In this document: piece by piece, positions 39,970-53,600 of the stretch | Layout of the letters: the number at the start of each line of letters is the position of its first letter | Numbering within the stretch: the first letter of the stretch is position 1 | Origin: Ruditapes philippinarum | Taxonomy: Eukaryota | Assembly: GCF_026571515.1 (NCBI RefSeq) | Contig: NW_026861872.1 | Span: 248,001 to 312,000, forward strand | Direction: 5' to 3' | Length of the DNA stretch: 64,000 bases | The notes under the pieces: generated by a model | Databases searched by the model: none | What the model was told of the DNA's origin: nothing | Seen by the model: the letters and a program-made list of their open reading frames with translations, nothing else | Program-made: the position numbers and the translations under genes

Positions 39970-42900
39970 ACTACATAAACACCAGAGTAATAACCTATCA
40001 TAACTACCACAATAACAAAGGTGATACCGTCAGATAACTGCCCCAACCCCCAAAAAACCACCCGTCATCATAACTACCATACTCACCAAAGAAATTAGCT
40101 CATCATAATCCCCAATCAACAAAGTGACTCCGTCATCAAAAAAGACCCTACATTTTTTTGATAAAATGCCAAAACACCCGAGTAACTAAGAAAAGTTCAC
40201 CAAAGGTCATCATAATCTGCCCCAATTACCCAAAATAACTATCGTCATAATAACTGCCACAATCACCAAAGTAGCGATTGTCTTCATAACTGGCACATTC
40301 ACCAAAGTGACTACCGTCATCATTTCTACCACAGTCACCAAAGTAACTACCGTCATCATAACTACCACAATCACCAAAGTCACTACCGTCATGATTACTG
40401 CCACAATTACCAAAGTGACTACCGTCATCATAACTACCACAATCAACCAAAGTGACTACCGTCATCATAACTGCCACAATCATCAAAGTAACTATTGTTC
40501 TCATAATTACCACATTCACCAAAGTGACTACCGTCATCATCACTGGCACATTCACCAAAGTAACTACCGTCATCATAACCACCACAATTACCAAAGTGAC
40601 TTCCGTCATTATAACTGCCACAATCACCAAAGTAACTACTGTCGACATAACTACCACAATCACCAAAGTGACTACCGACATGATTACTGCAACAATTACC
40701 AAAGTGACTACTGGCATTATAATGCCACAATCAACAAAGTGACTGCCGTCATCATAACCGCCACATTCACCAAAGCAATTACCGTCATCATAACTACCAC
40801 AATTACCAAAGTAACTACCGTCATCATAACTACCACAATCACCAAAGTAACTACCGTCATCATAACTACCACAATCGCCAAAGTGACTACCGTCATCATA
40901 TCTGCCACATTCACCAAAGTAACTACCGTCATCATAACTACCGCAATCACCAAAGTGACTACCATCATCATAACTGCCACATTCACCAAAGTAACTACCG
41001 CCATCATAACTACCGCAATCACCAAAGTGACTACCGACATGATTACTGCCACAATTACCAAAGTGACTACCGTCATCATAACTGCAACATTCAATAAAGT
41101 AACTACCGTTATCATAACTACCGCACTCACCAAAGTGACAACCGTCATCATATCTGCGACATTCACCAAAGTGACTACTGTCATCATAACTACCACAATC
41201 AACCAAAGTGACTACCGTTATCATAACTGCCACAATCACCAAAGGAACTATTGTTTTCATAATAATCGCATTCACCAAAGTGACTACCGCGATCATAACT
41301 AGCACAATCATCAAAGTAACTACCGTCATCATAACTACCACATTCACCAAAGTAACTATTGCTTACATAATAACCACATTCACCAAAGTAACTACAGTCA
41401 TCATAACCGCCAAAATTACCAAAGTAACTATTATTTTCTTAACTACCACATTCACCAAAGTCCGTCATCATAACTGCCACATTCCCCCAAGTAACAACCT
41501 TCATCATAACTACCACATTCACCAAAGTAACTGCCGTCATCATAACTACCACATTCACCAAAATAACTGCCGTCATCATAACTACCACATTCACCAAAGT
41601 AACTATTGTTTACATAATAACCACATTCACCAGAGAAACTACCGTCATCATAAATACCACATTCACTAAATTATAACCGTCATCATAACTAACACAATCA
41701 CAAAAGTAACTACCGTCATCATAACTGCCACAATCCCCAAAGTAATTACTGTCATCTTTTCTACCACAATAACAAAAGTAACTCCCGCCATCAAAACTGC
41801 CACAATTACCAAAGTAACTATTGTTTTCTTAACTGCCACAATCACCAAAGTGACTACCGTCATCATAACTACCACATTCACCAAAGTGACTACCGTCATC
41901 ATAACTGCCAAAAATCCCCAAAGTAATTACTTTCATCTTTTCTACAACAATAACAAAAGTAACTCCCGCCATCAAAACTGCCACAATTACCAAAGTAACT
42001 ATTGTTTTCTTAACTGCCACATTCACCAAAGTGACTACCGTCATCATAACTACCACATTCACCAAAGTGACTACCGTCATCATAACTACCTCATTCACCA
42101 AAGTGACTACCGTCATCATAACTGCCAAAATCCCCAAAGTAATTACTGTCATCTTTTCTACCACAATAACAAAAGTAACTCCCGCCATCAAAACTGCCAC
42201 AATTACCAAAGTAACTATTGTTTTCTTAACTGCCACATTCACCAAAGTGACTACCGTCATCATAACTACCACATTCACCAAAGTGACTACCGTCATCATA
42301 ACTACCACATTCACCAAAGTGACTACCGTCATCATAAGTACCTCATACACCAAAGTACCTACCTTATGATAATGCCCAAAATCACTAAAGTGACTGCCGT
42401 CATCATAACTGCCAAAATCACCAAAATAACTACCGTCATCAATTTTACCACAATCACCAAAGTAACTACCGTCATCATAACTGCCAGAATCATCAAAGTA
42501 CCTACCGTCATCATAACTATCACAATCACCAAAGTAACTTTCGTCATCATGACTTTCACAATTACCAAAGTAATTACTGTCATCATTACTACCACAATCA
42601 AAAAAGTAACTACCGTCATCATAACCATCTCAATCACCAAAGTAACTACCGTCATCATAACTGCCAGAATCATCAAAGTAACTACCGTCATCATAACATT
42701 CACAATAACCAAAGTAACTACCGTCATCATTACTATCACACTATCAAAAATACTAACGTCATGATAACTACCACAATCAAATAAGTAACTACCGTCATCA
42801 TAACTACCACAATTACCAAAGTGACTACCGTCATCATAACTTTAGCAATTACCAAAGGTAATTACTGTCATCATAACTGCCACATTCACCAAAGTAACTA

Positions 42901-45900
42901 CCGTCGTCATAACAAGCACAATCAACAAAGTGACTACGTCATTATAACTGCCCGATTCACCAAAGTGACTACCGTCATCATAACTACCACAATCAACAAA
43001 GTGACTACCGTCATCATAACTGCCACATTCACCAAAGTAACTACCGTCATCAAAACTACCGCAATCACCAAAGTGACTACCGTTATCATAACTGCCACAT
43101 TCACCAAAGTAACTACCGTCATCATAACTACCACAATCAACAAAGTGACTACCGTCATCATACTGCCACATTCACCAAAGTAACTACCGCCATCAAAACT
43201 GTCACAATTACCAAAGTTACTATTGCTTTCTTAACTACCACATTTACCAAAGTGACTACCGTCATCATAACTACTGTCATCATAACTACCACAATAACCA
43301 AAGTGACTACCGACATCATAACTACAAAAATCAACAAAGTAATTACCGTCATCATAACTACCACATTTACCAAAGTACCTACCGTCATGATAATGCCCAA
43401 ATCACCTAAGTGAGTGCCGTCATCATAACTGCCAAAATCACCAAGGTAATTACCGTCATCATTACTACCACAATCACCAAAATTAACTTCCGTAATCATT
43501 ACTGCCTTATTCACCAAAGTGTCTACCGTCATCATAACTACCACAATCACCAAAGTAACTACCGTCATCATACTGCAATAATCACCAAAGTAATTACCGT
43601 CATCATTTCTACCACAATCACCAAAGAAACTTCCGTAATCATTACTTCCTTATTCACCAAAGTGACTACCGTCATCATAACTGCCAAAATCAACAAAGTG
43701 TCTACCGTCATCATTTCTACCACAATCATCAAAGTAACTACCGTCATCATACTGCAATAATCACCAAAGTAATGACAGTCATCATTTCTACCACAATCAC
43801 CAAAGTAACTACCGCCATCAAAACTGCAACAATGTCCAAAGTAACTATTGTTTTCTTAACTTTCACATTCACCAAAGTGACCACCGTCATCATAACTACC
43901 AAATTCATCAAAGTATCTACCGTCATGATTATGCCCAAATCACCTAAGTGACTGCCGTCATCATAACTGCCAAAATCACCAAGGTAATTACCGTCATCAT
44001 TTCTACCACAATCACCAAAGTGATTGCCGTCATCATAACTACCACAATCACCAACGTAACTTCCGTAATCATTACTGCCTTATTCACCAAAGTGACTACC
44101 GTCATCATTACTGCCACAATCACCAAAGTAACTGCCGTCATCATAACTTACACAATTACCAAAGTAATTGCTGTCATCATTACTACCACAATCATCAAAG
44201 TAACTACCGTCATCATAACTTTCGCAATTACCAAAGTAATTACTGTACTGTCATCATTTCTGCCTCAATTACCAAAGTAGCTACCGTCATCATAACTACC
44301 ATAATCACCAAAGTAACTACCGTCATCATAACTTTCGCAATTACCAAAGTAATTACTGTCATCAATTCTGCACATTCTACAAAGCAACTACCATCACCAT
44401 TCACCAAAGTACTACCTTCATGATAACTGCCACAATCACCAAAGTAACTATCGTCTTCATAACTAGTACAATCACCAAAGTGACTACCGTCATCATAACT
44501 GCCACAATTCACCAAAGTGACTACCGTCACCATAACTACCTCAGTCACCAAACTACTATTTTCATGATAACTGTCACAATCACCAGAGTAACTACTGTCA
44601 TCATAACTACCGCAATCACCAAAGTGACTACCGTCATGATTACTGCCTCAATTACCAAAGTGACTACCGTCATCATAACTACCACAATCAACCAAAGTGA
44701 CTACCGTCATCATAACTACCACAATCAATCAAAGTGACTACCGTCATCATAACTGCCACAATCATCAAAGTAACTATTGTTTTCATAATTACCACATTCA
44801 CCAAAGTGACTACCGTCATTATCACTGGCACATTCACCAAAGTAACTACCGTCATCATAATAACAACAATTACCAAAGTGACTTTCGTCATTATAACTAC
44901 ACCAGTCACCAAAGTACTTCAGTCATGATAACTGCCATAATCACCAAAGTAACTACTGTCAACATAACTACCACAATCAACCTAAGTGACTCTTATCATC
45001 ATAACTGCCACAATCACCAAAGTAACGATTGTCTTCATAACTGCCACACTCACCAAAATAACAACCGTCATCATAACTTTCGCAATTACCAAAGTAATTA
45101 CTGTCATCATTTCTGCCTCAATTACCAAAGTAACTACCGTCATCATAACTACCATAATCACCAAAGTAACTACCGTTATCATAACTACAACAATTACCAA
45201 AGTAAATACAGTCGTCATTATAACTGCTACAATCACAAAAGTAACTACCGTTATCATAACTACCACATTCACCACAGTAATTACTGTCATCATAACTGCC
45301 ACAATCACCAAAGTAACTACCGTCATCATAACTACCACAATCACCAAAGTAACTACCGTCATCATAACTAGCACAATCAACAAAGTAACTACCGTCATCA
45401 AAACTACCCCAGTCACCAAAGTACTACCTTCATGATAACTGCCATATCACCAAAGTAACTACTGTCATCATAACTACCACAATCAACCTAAGTGACTCAT
45501 CATAACTGCAACAATCACCAAAGTGACTTAAGTCATCATAACTGCCACAATGACCAAAGTGACTTCCGTCATCATTTCTGCCCCAATCACTTTAGTGACT
45601 ACCGTCATGATAACTTCCACATTCACCAAAGTGACTACCGTCATGATAACTACCACAATTACTAAAGTGACTTCCGTCATCATTTCTGCCCCAATCACCA
45701 AAGTAACTACTGTCATTTTAACTGCCACAATCACCAAAGTAACTACCGTCATCATAACTGCCACAATGACCAAAGTGACTTCCGTCATCATTTCTGCCCT
45801 AATCACAATAGTGACTACCGTCATGATAACTACCACATTCACCAAAGTGACTCTTATCATCATAACTACCACAATCATCAAAGTAACTTCCGTCATCATA

Positions 45901-46095
45901 TCTGCCACATTCACCAAAGTGACTACCGTCATCATAACTACCACAATTACCAAAGTAACTTCCGTCATCATAACTACCACACTTACCAAAGTGACTACCG
46001 TCAACATAACTACCACAATCACCAAAGTAATTACCGTCACAATATCTGCAATACACATCACAGTAACTGCCACACTCATCACAGTTACTACCATC
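39970..46095. repeat. 36-bp minisatellite array, roughly 170 units
   Basis: Consensus ACCAAAGT(A/G)ACTACCGTCATCATAACT(A/G)CCACA(A/T)TC; explains the many overlapping 12-aa-period ORFs. Confidence 0.97.
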
Positions 46096-46319
46096 ATTAC
46101 ACTTAACCAATAAATACATTACTATATTCAACAAGGGATAACATTACCTATCACCATTACAATCATTTCCATTATTATCAATATCATCATTAACCGTCAC
46201 CATCAGTATTATGCATCACAACCCAACATAAGTACATATCAATATAATCAGTAATATAACCAATCCCCCCCACCATTATAGTCAATCGTATTATTCACAA
46301 ATCGTCCCAATTATAGGTC

Positions 46320-46905
46320 AATATCATCATTATTATTATCATCATCAATATCATCATCAACATCACACATCATCATCATCATCATCATCATCACTTCGTC
46401 ATAACCACCCCCAGCATCACCACATTCATCATTATCATCATCATCACCTAGCATCATCATCATTATCATCAATCACCATCACCACCATTCATCATCATCA
46501 TAATAGTCATCATCATCACCCTGCCGCCTCCATCATTAATATCGTCGTCCTAATCTTCCCCCTCTTCTTCCTTCTTTCTTCTTCTTTCATCAATCATCAT
46601 CATCATCATCACCATCAATCATCATCATCACCCACTGTCTTCAATAACCACCACTACTGGCATCAATCATCATCATCATCACTGTCTTCATAAACCACCA
46701 CTACTGGCATCATCATCATCATCACCACCACCACTGTCTTCATAACCACCACTACTGGCATCATCATCATCATCACCACCACTGTCTTCATAACCACCAC
46801 TACTGGCATCATCATCATCATCATCATCATCACTGTCGTCATAACCACAACCACCACCACCAGCAGCAGCTCCATCGCCATCATTATAATCAGCAGCAGC
46901 AGTAG
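46320..46905. repeat. (CAT)n/(CAC)n compound microsatellite with a ~50-bp higher-order unit
   Basis: Runs of CATCATCAT; repeated CACTGTCTTCATAACCACCACTACTGGCATC at ~46633-46810. Confidence 0.9.
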
Positions 46906-49856
46906 CACATGCCATCTTTACAATAATTATCTCTTGCATTAACTAAACCTTTATCCATCCCCAGAGTTTCTACCCTCAATTTGGGGGTCCCACCCAATGC
47001 ACAAAATAATTTTTTATTTAGTTGATTTTTCTGAACTCGATTGCCCTTTAAAGGGTATCCATGTTTTCCTTTAAAGTTTTTTCTAAGGGGGCTGAAAAGG
47101 GATTTAACATTACCAAACACGGGAATTTTTATAAAAAAAGACATATATAATTTTAGCAAAAAAAAAATAATTTTGCCAAAATCTAATCAGTTTTTTTTTA
47201 AAACATTGCATGATGGGGTTCCATCCGCCCGTAAAACGTGAAGGCACAAAAAGAGCTTTCCTCTCCCCGGGGTTAATCGGGGCATCAGAAGGGCCCCCCC
47301 TAGGTCTTTTATTTTAGCCGTCTCCCAAATTTCTTCAAATCTTCTGCTAAAGCCCATCTTTTCTCCCAAAAGAACGTCCAAAAGGGGAAAAAAGGGGAAT
47401 AACTTATTTGTTTCATTGAGGGTTTTAAAACTTTTTTATCTTAAATTGTAAAAACCCGCTCCCAAAGCACACCCCAGCAAATTTTTTTGCTGAGATTAAA
47501 CATCAGTGTCAAAAAAATAAAATAACGGGAAATAGAATTTTTTTTTCTGATGCTGCAAATGGGGCGGTTTTGTAAGATTGTTTGTGTGTGTAAAAAACCC
47601 ATATTACTTTTTGGAAAAAATGAAAAATAATATTTTTGGTAAATTTATCTTTTGTTCCAAAGAAAACCATTACTTTTTTTACTTCCCTATTAAAATGATC
47701 TAGTAAATAAATAACAAACTCCGTTTAACCATATATATATAGTACAATAAAGTAATAAAGCACATGTAAGTACTAACAATTTTAACGTAATTTTCCTGCT
47801 GATTTAATGTGCTCATACTATCCCTAATTCTAAAGGAGTCTATGAAAATAACTTACGAGCGTTTTATTTTTTATTCACCTATACGGTTACCAACAGATAA
47901 GACGCAGGAAATACAGCTGACAAAGGACTGATATAGATTTCAAATTAAAACATCATATTTATCGAATGCATGTTTTACAATTTCTTAAAACTTAAATTAT
48001 TCATATGACATAATCCATGATCGAAGTGTCGAAATGTCTGGCATCCAATAAAACCTACCGTCCATGATTATTATATTAGATATACATAAGCAGATACAAA
48101 GAATGATTCTCTGAATAACGAGGGATTGCGAATTATTTTGAATTCTTACTCTCTCAAAATATGTTCTAATGAGTTAAGGATCAAAACATACACGTATTCT
48201 AGTAGCAAGGTTTTCAGTTTTGAAAATATTTAATAATCAAATGATCTAATGATCTAAATTATCAGAAAATAGAACAACCTACATTGGATTTTTTATAAGC
48301 TTTATCACCGGAAGTAGCACATCTGACCAATAATGCTAAAGGTGTGCGTTGAGCAGGCCAAATATAAATCATCTAACTACTAATCTTTCTTATTCACGAT
48401 TTCTTATTTTTACTATTTCTCAGAAATATTTGCACATAAGAATTTGTAAAGGCGTATTATAAGAAACACTGATTATTGCATCAATAGTGAAACTACTTAA
48501 ATGCTAAATAAGAGTCACTTCTGCAGTTGTGTCACTTTAGTTATTATATTAAAATTGTCCCATGATTATTTTCATTTTTTTTCTAGAAAAACTGTAAACA
48601 TTCATGAAAGGTTTATTATCAGTGAAAAGTGAAACTTACAATCAATCTATGGCATTAAAAGAGATTCGTTTGCTGCAGCGTCAAACGACTTTTTTGCTTT
48701 TTCGATTTCTTAATATATCATAAAAAAGAAAATGAGTCTGAGAATATAATACACTTTTCATTAATTAAGGGGTGAAATTTGATTACAGTAAGTGTAATAT
48801 TGATCAAAATAAATGGCTAACAACAGCACATAGTACTTTCACCATGCCATGTTTAAAACTTACAATTGAACATTCGTTTTTAGTGTTGTTTTTTTCGAAA
48901 TTTTGACAGAAGGTTTTTTTTTACATTTTATGGCAATGTAAGTTTTATATCAAGAAGTTGCAATGTCATATATTTGAATATTTGAGTATATTTTGGTATC
49001 ATTGTAACGTCATGTGCCGGATTGAAAGAATTTGGTTGAGCACATTTAACACAAATTTATTTATAGAAATAATAATATAGATATAACAAACATAAACATT
49101 TTTCTTCTTATTAATTAAGTAAATCAGATACTAATTAAATAATTAAACAAAGAGTTTTTTTGTGATTTAAAATACATGTCAACATACGAATATTTAGCGA
49201 AACTTAATAAACTGACAGGGACTGCTGACAAAGTTTACTGTGCAAAAATTTGCTCATGCATTAACATATATAAGTTTTTATATGTTTTCTGTACTAGTAG
49301 TATAAAAGAAGGCATTTTATGACATTTCACAGTAATGTGTTTTTTCCCTCATGGGATTAGAAAATAGAGGCAGATTGAGTGTAATGTAATGGTAATTGAT
49401 ATGGGATGGAAACCTTTCTTTGATAAACACATTATTGGTGTCGATTCGCAAGTTTCTTTTTTTTCTTTTCAGTGATGTATAATAATTTTATCTAGTAAAT
49501 GATTTTACAGATGAAGAATCTGTGGCTTTACTATTCAAGTATTTTTCATGATACTTGTTTAAAATTAGAGAATATTGGTCAGGTGTCCATTACAAAGCAA
49601 TATTACTAGAAGTTTCTTCAAAACAAAATTAGCAATAGTTTCTTAATCTAATTGTAATATGTCAATAATTATGGTATGGGAAGAGAGGTTACTCTGCACT
49701 GCATATTGAAAATCCTTGCATTATGGACTTGGAGTTGCCTCCCTTCCACTGTCTTTTGTAGTTCAGAATGGCCGTATACAAACAACTTTTATTTTGTAAA
49801 TCTATGTAATTGAATTATTTCATACCTTAGGGTGAATTTTTATATTGAAATTGTAC

Positions 49857-49897
49857 TATCCTGATGAAGGCCATTGTTTGACAGAAACCGGTCGATA
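49857..49897 (+). ncRNA. Minimal type I hammerhead ribozyme motif (degenerate, Penelope-like-element type)
   Basis: TATC-CTGATGA-AGGCCATTGTTTGACA-GAAA-CCGG-TC-GATA followed by AATAAA: stem I TATC/GATA, both core boxes, palindromic CCGG stem III, GUC cleavage triplet; stem II has mismatches. Confidence 0.6.
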
Positions 49898-50612
49898 AAT
49901 AAAGTGTCTTAAAGATCCTGTATGTTTTAATTGAGGTTGTATACCACACTTTAGTGAATTTATATTATACATGTATGTATATAATTATGCTTATAATCAA
50001 TTTTCAAACATCGAATAATATGTAAAATATGCACTGCGAATATTTGTACATATTATACGTAATCATTTAAAGATATATGCATTCATTTCTTATGGAAAAA
50101 ATTGACTTGGACTTAATACAAAACAATTTTTTTTGTTACCTCCATTTCTTTACATGAAATGTTAAATTCGGTAATATCTTCATAAATAATGCTATTTGGA
50201 ACCTACAAAATTGATAAATCTTAATTTGAGCATCGTATTTATGATATAAAACCATAAAAAATTGTGTTACAGGATCTTTAAACATACTCCGGGGTTTTGA
50301 CGTGTTGTTCTACTTTCTTTTTTATATTTACTTGGTAGTTTGTGTGTTGTTATGTATGGATGAGACCCAAATAAAAATTATGATAATATAGTAGTTCTTA
50401 AAAGACCTTTTCTAATCTTATCAAAATTTTATCGGAAAAAACCAAAACATAGAAGTGTGTTTCTTTTCCGAATGACCTTGGTTCGATTCCCATTTAGCAC
50501 GTGTATTTATCACACAATCATGTTGATTAACTTTTTCCTCATACAGTTTCGAAATAATTCAAATTAGAGGGTTTTACTTAATAAAGAATTATAATCCTTG
50601 TTCCATAACTGT

Positions 50613-53600
50613 TCAGTAAAACATAGCATAACCTTTCTCCAAGACTTTACCATGTTTAAAAAGTCTAACGGCGGGCCAAACAATATACTCGTGCTGATGA
50701 CCGTGTTCCTGAAAGTTCCGGAAGAGGTATCTTAGTTCTTCCTCGTTATTCACTTCAAACTGGAACACCATTGGTGGATTTTGTACACACATGAACCACG
50801 AGATCTCTATGCACTTTGCGGTATAAACGTCAACATTTTCTTCATCGATTGGGACATTTTTATAAATTATGTTATGTCTTTTCAACAGGGTCTTCATATG
50901 TTTCTCGAAAAAATTCTGAAAAAAAAAAAGAATTCCTGAAGTAGTTCAAATGATTAACTTACTAATTAAAGGTTCGCTGACCGCAAGGTCAAAGATTACC
51001 ACAGATCGGACATAAATAGGTCATACATGTATAAATAAGAAAAAATAAATTGAACCAGAGGTTATTAACCTTTTCACCAGGCCATCCTACACAATTGTAC
51101 AGTCTGATTAGGCTCTATACGGTTGACAGTTCATATTTAGTATTTTGATATTGAAATGCATTAAAATGAAAATGGATTGTTCCAAATTAAAAATAGAGCA
51201 ACTAATAAGATTAAGTTTTGTCTAACGTGGCTAGGTATTTGTAGTATATAACTTTGAACACTAATAGGAAATCGTCCTAATTGCTCTACAGCACTTCACT
51301 TAATCTTTTCATTTATATAAGGAAGTTTTACAGTAAAAACAACCTATCAAAATAATTTAACTCGGATTATTACGTTAGCAATAATACAAAAGAATAAAAT
51401 AAAAATGATAAAAACAAAACAAACTATACCTGTTTCAAATATTTAAGAGATATACTTGCATACTGTCTTCTGAATTCTTGCAGAATTTCACTGTCTGGAA
51501 ACTCAGCGTTTACTTTCTGAAATATAAAAAATATGCACATACATTTGAGCCGTGTCACGACAAAACCAACATAATGGTTTTGCGACCAGCATGGATCCAG
51601 ACCAGCCTGCGCATCCGCGCAGTCTGATCAGGATCCATGCTGTTCGCTTACAAACCCTATAACAAGTGAGAAACTGATAGCGAACAGCATGGATCCTGAT
51701 CAGACTGCGCGCATGCGCAGGCTGGTCTGGATCCATGCTGGTCGCAAACCCATTATGTTGGTTTTGTCATGACACGGCTCATTTGTCAATAAAACTAAGT
51801 ACATCTTAAATACTAACTTTAGGTATTGTGTCAATCTCATAATGTAAAAGTATTTGCATTTGTTTACATCAAGAAATAAAGTTGCTTATGTACGTTTAAT
51901 TCTTCTCTTCGAGTTTGATATACATTTTTTCCTGCAAAATTCATATATTGATCCACAAATTTATGTATGCTTGATCCACTGGAAATATGGATTTATGCAC
52001 TTACATATGATCCAATCAATGTATTGATTTTTGCACCTATATTTGATCCACTCAATGTTTTTATTCATGCACCTATATTTGATACACAGAATGTATTCAA
52101 GTTTCAAGTTTCAAGTTTTATTAAATATATCTCAGTATGTAATATACATAGACATGAGAACAATTTCTAATAATACACGTAATCACAGAGGACAACTTTT
52201 ATTTAAGATCTTGAAGGAATTTATACGAAAGTGAAAAAAAAATCTATTCCGTAATTAATGATATTGATACCAGTCCATTCTAGTCATACTCATGGATTTT
52301 AATAATGCGCGACCCGGTCTGTAGATATTTTAATCAGGTTATTTGATTGGTCGATTGATTTACACACCGTGTAAACCCATTAATTATGTCATGTAGGTCA
52401 GTCAGGTTATGCAGAAATTGTGTCATTGTGTCAGGTTGAGGTTAATATCATGGAAAACGTATTAATTTATGCACTTACATTTGGTCCGGTCAATATAATG
52501 ATTCATATACCAACAAATGATCGATTTATGCCACTCAATGTATTGATTTATGCACCTACATTATTTTTGATCAACTCGAAATATTGATTTGTGCACTTAT
52601 ATCTAATCCACTCAACATAATGATTTATATACTTACATTTGATCCACTCACAATCTTCAAAGCTTCTCGTTGCATTAGAACTAATTGTGACTCGGCAATT
52701 GGCCAGCAAACCTGCTCATATGATACCTTAAAATGTACAAAATATTTAATTGACAAATGTCCTAACAGAAATATAATATTTATATTGAGATGCACGTGAT
52801 TTACATGAAATATGCTTTACAGCATTAAAAATGTTAACGACAACATAACAATAAACTGATTGAATAAATAGTCTCATTACATGTTACATCATTTTCTACA
52901 CAATTTTTATTGATAATCAAATTCATTAGATAGAAATCATGATTGCACATACTTGTAAGATACGTCTGAGGAAGCTGATGGTGTCGCCTTTATCATTAGA
53001 AATTCGACAATGCTCAAATGCTGCCCGCCAGTCTGTTTTAAAAACACTTGCTAACTCTTCGACAATCTCTTTTGGACTGCAAAACTCACGAAGCCTTGTC
53101 ATTTTCTCGTTTAATCTGAAATTTTAATTACCATTTTTACTACAAAGTGCTGACTTATGCCAAGTGATTTTATTGTTTTGGCATTATGATAACATGTTAA
53201 TCAAGTTTTAGAAATTAAAATTAAAAGATATGTCATCGTATGGAAATAATAATGAATCAACGAATTCGCAAAACGTTACAAGGAAAGTGGGATATTTCGC
53301 TAAATGACATAAGAATAATCGTATTGTTTATTGTTTAGTATTGCATTTATTTTTATCTTATTTCTACAATACTAACATAGTGTTCCGGTCAGTATAGGCT
53401 GACATATTGTCCATCGATGTTCTACTGCTATATTTCGAAGTTCCTCTGACGTCATTTGGTTTGCGTGACGTACTATGACCAGCGTCTTTAAACTTCTGGG
53501 GCTCCAATAATTTCACACCAAGCTGCTGAGACTGGTGGAAATTTAGTTTTGGAATCTTTGTCTCTGGTTTTGTATCTTGATTATTCTTGAACTAAAATAA

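Noticed and set aside
39970-46095. CRISPR-like array (36-bp period)
   Set aside because: Units are contiguous with no unique spacers; eukaryotic context and no cas genes.
40210-46134. Dozens of overlapping ORFs (mucin-like T/V/I, His/Asn-rich, GDCGSYDD repeats)
   Set aside because: By-products of a 36-bp stop-poor minisatellite; recurrent shared frameshifts and no start, signal peptide or splice context.
48624-48636. ISRE-like GAAAAGTGAAACT near the Mieap-domain cluster
   Set aside because: A single short motif in very A-rich DNA, downstream of the genes; expected by chance.
51503-51736. 77-aa [22 protein letters not shown]
   Set aside because: Translation of the palindromic MITE, not a gene.
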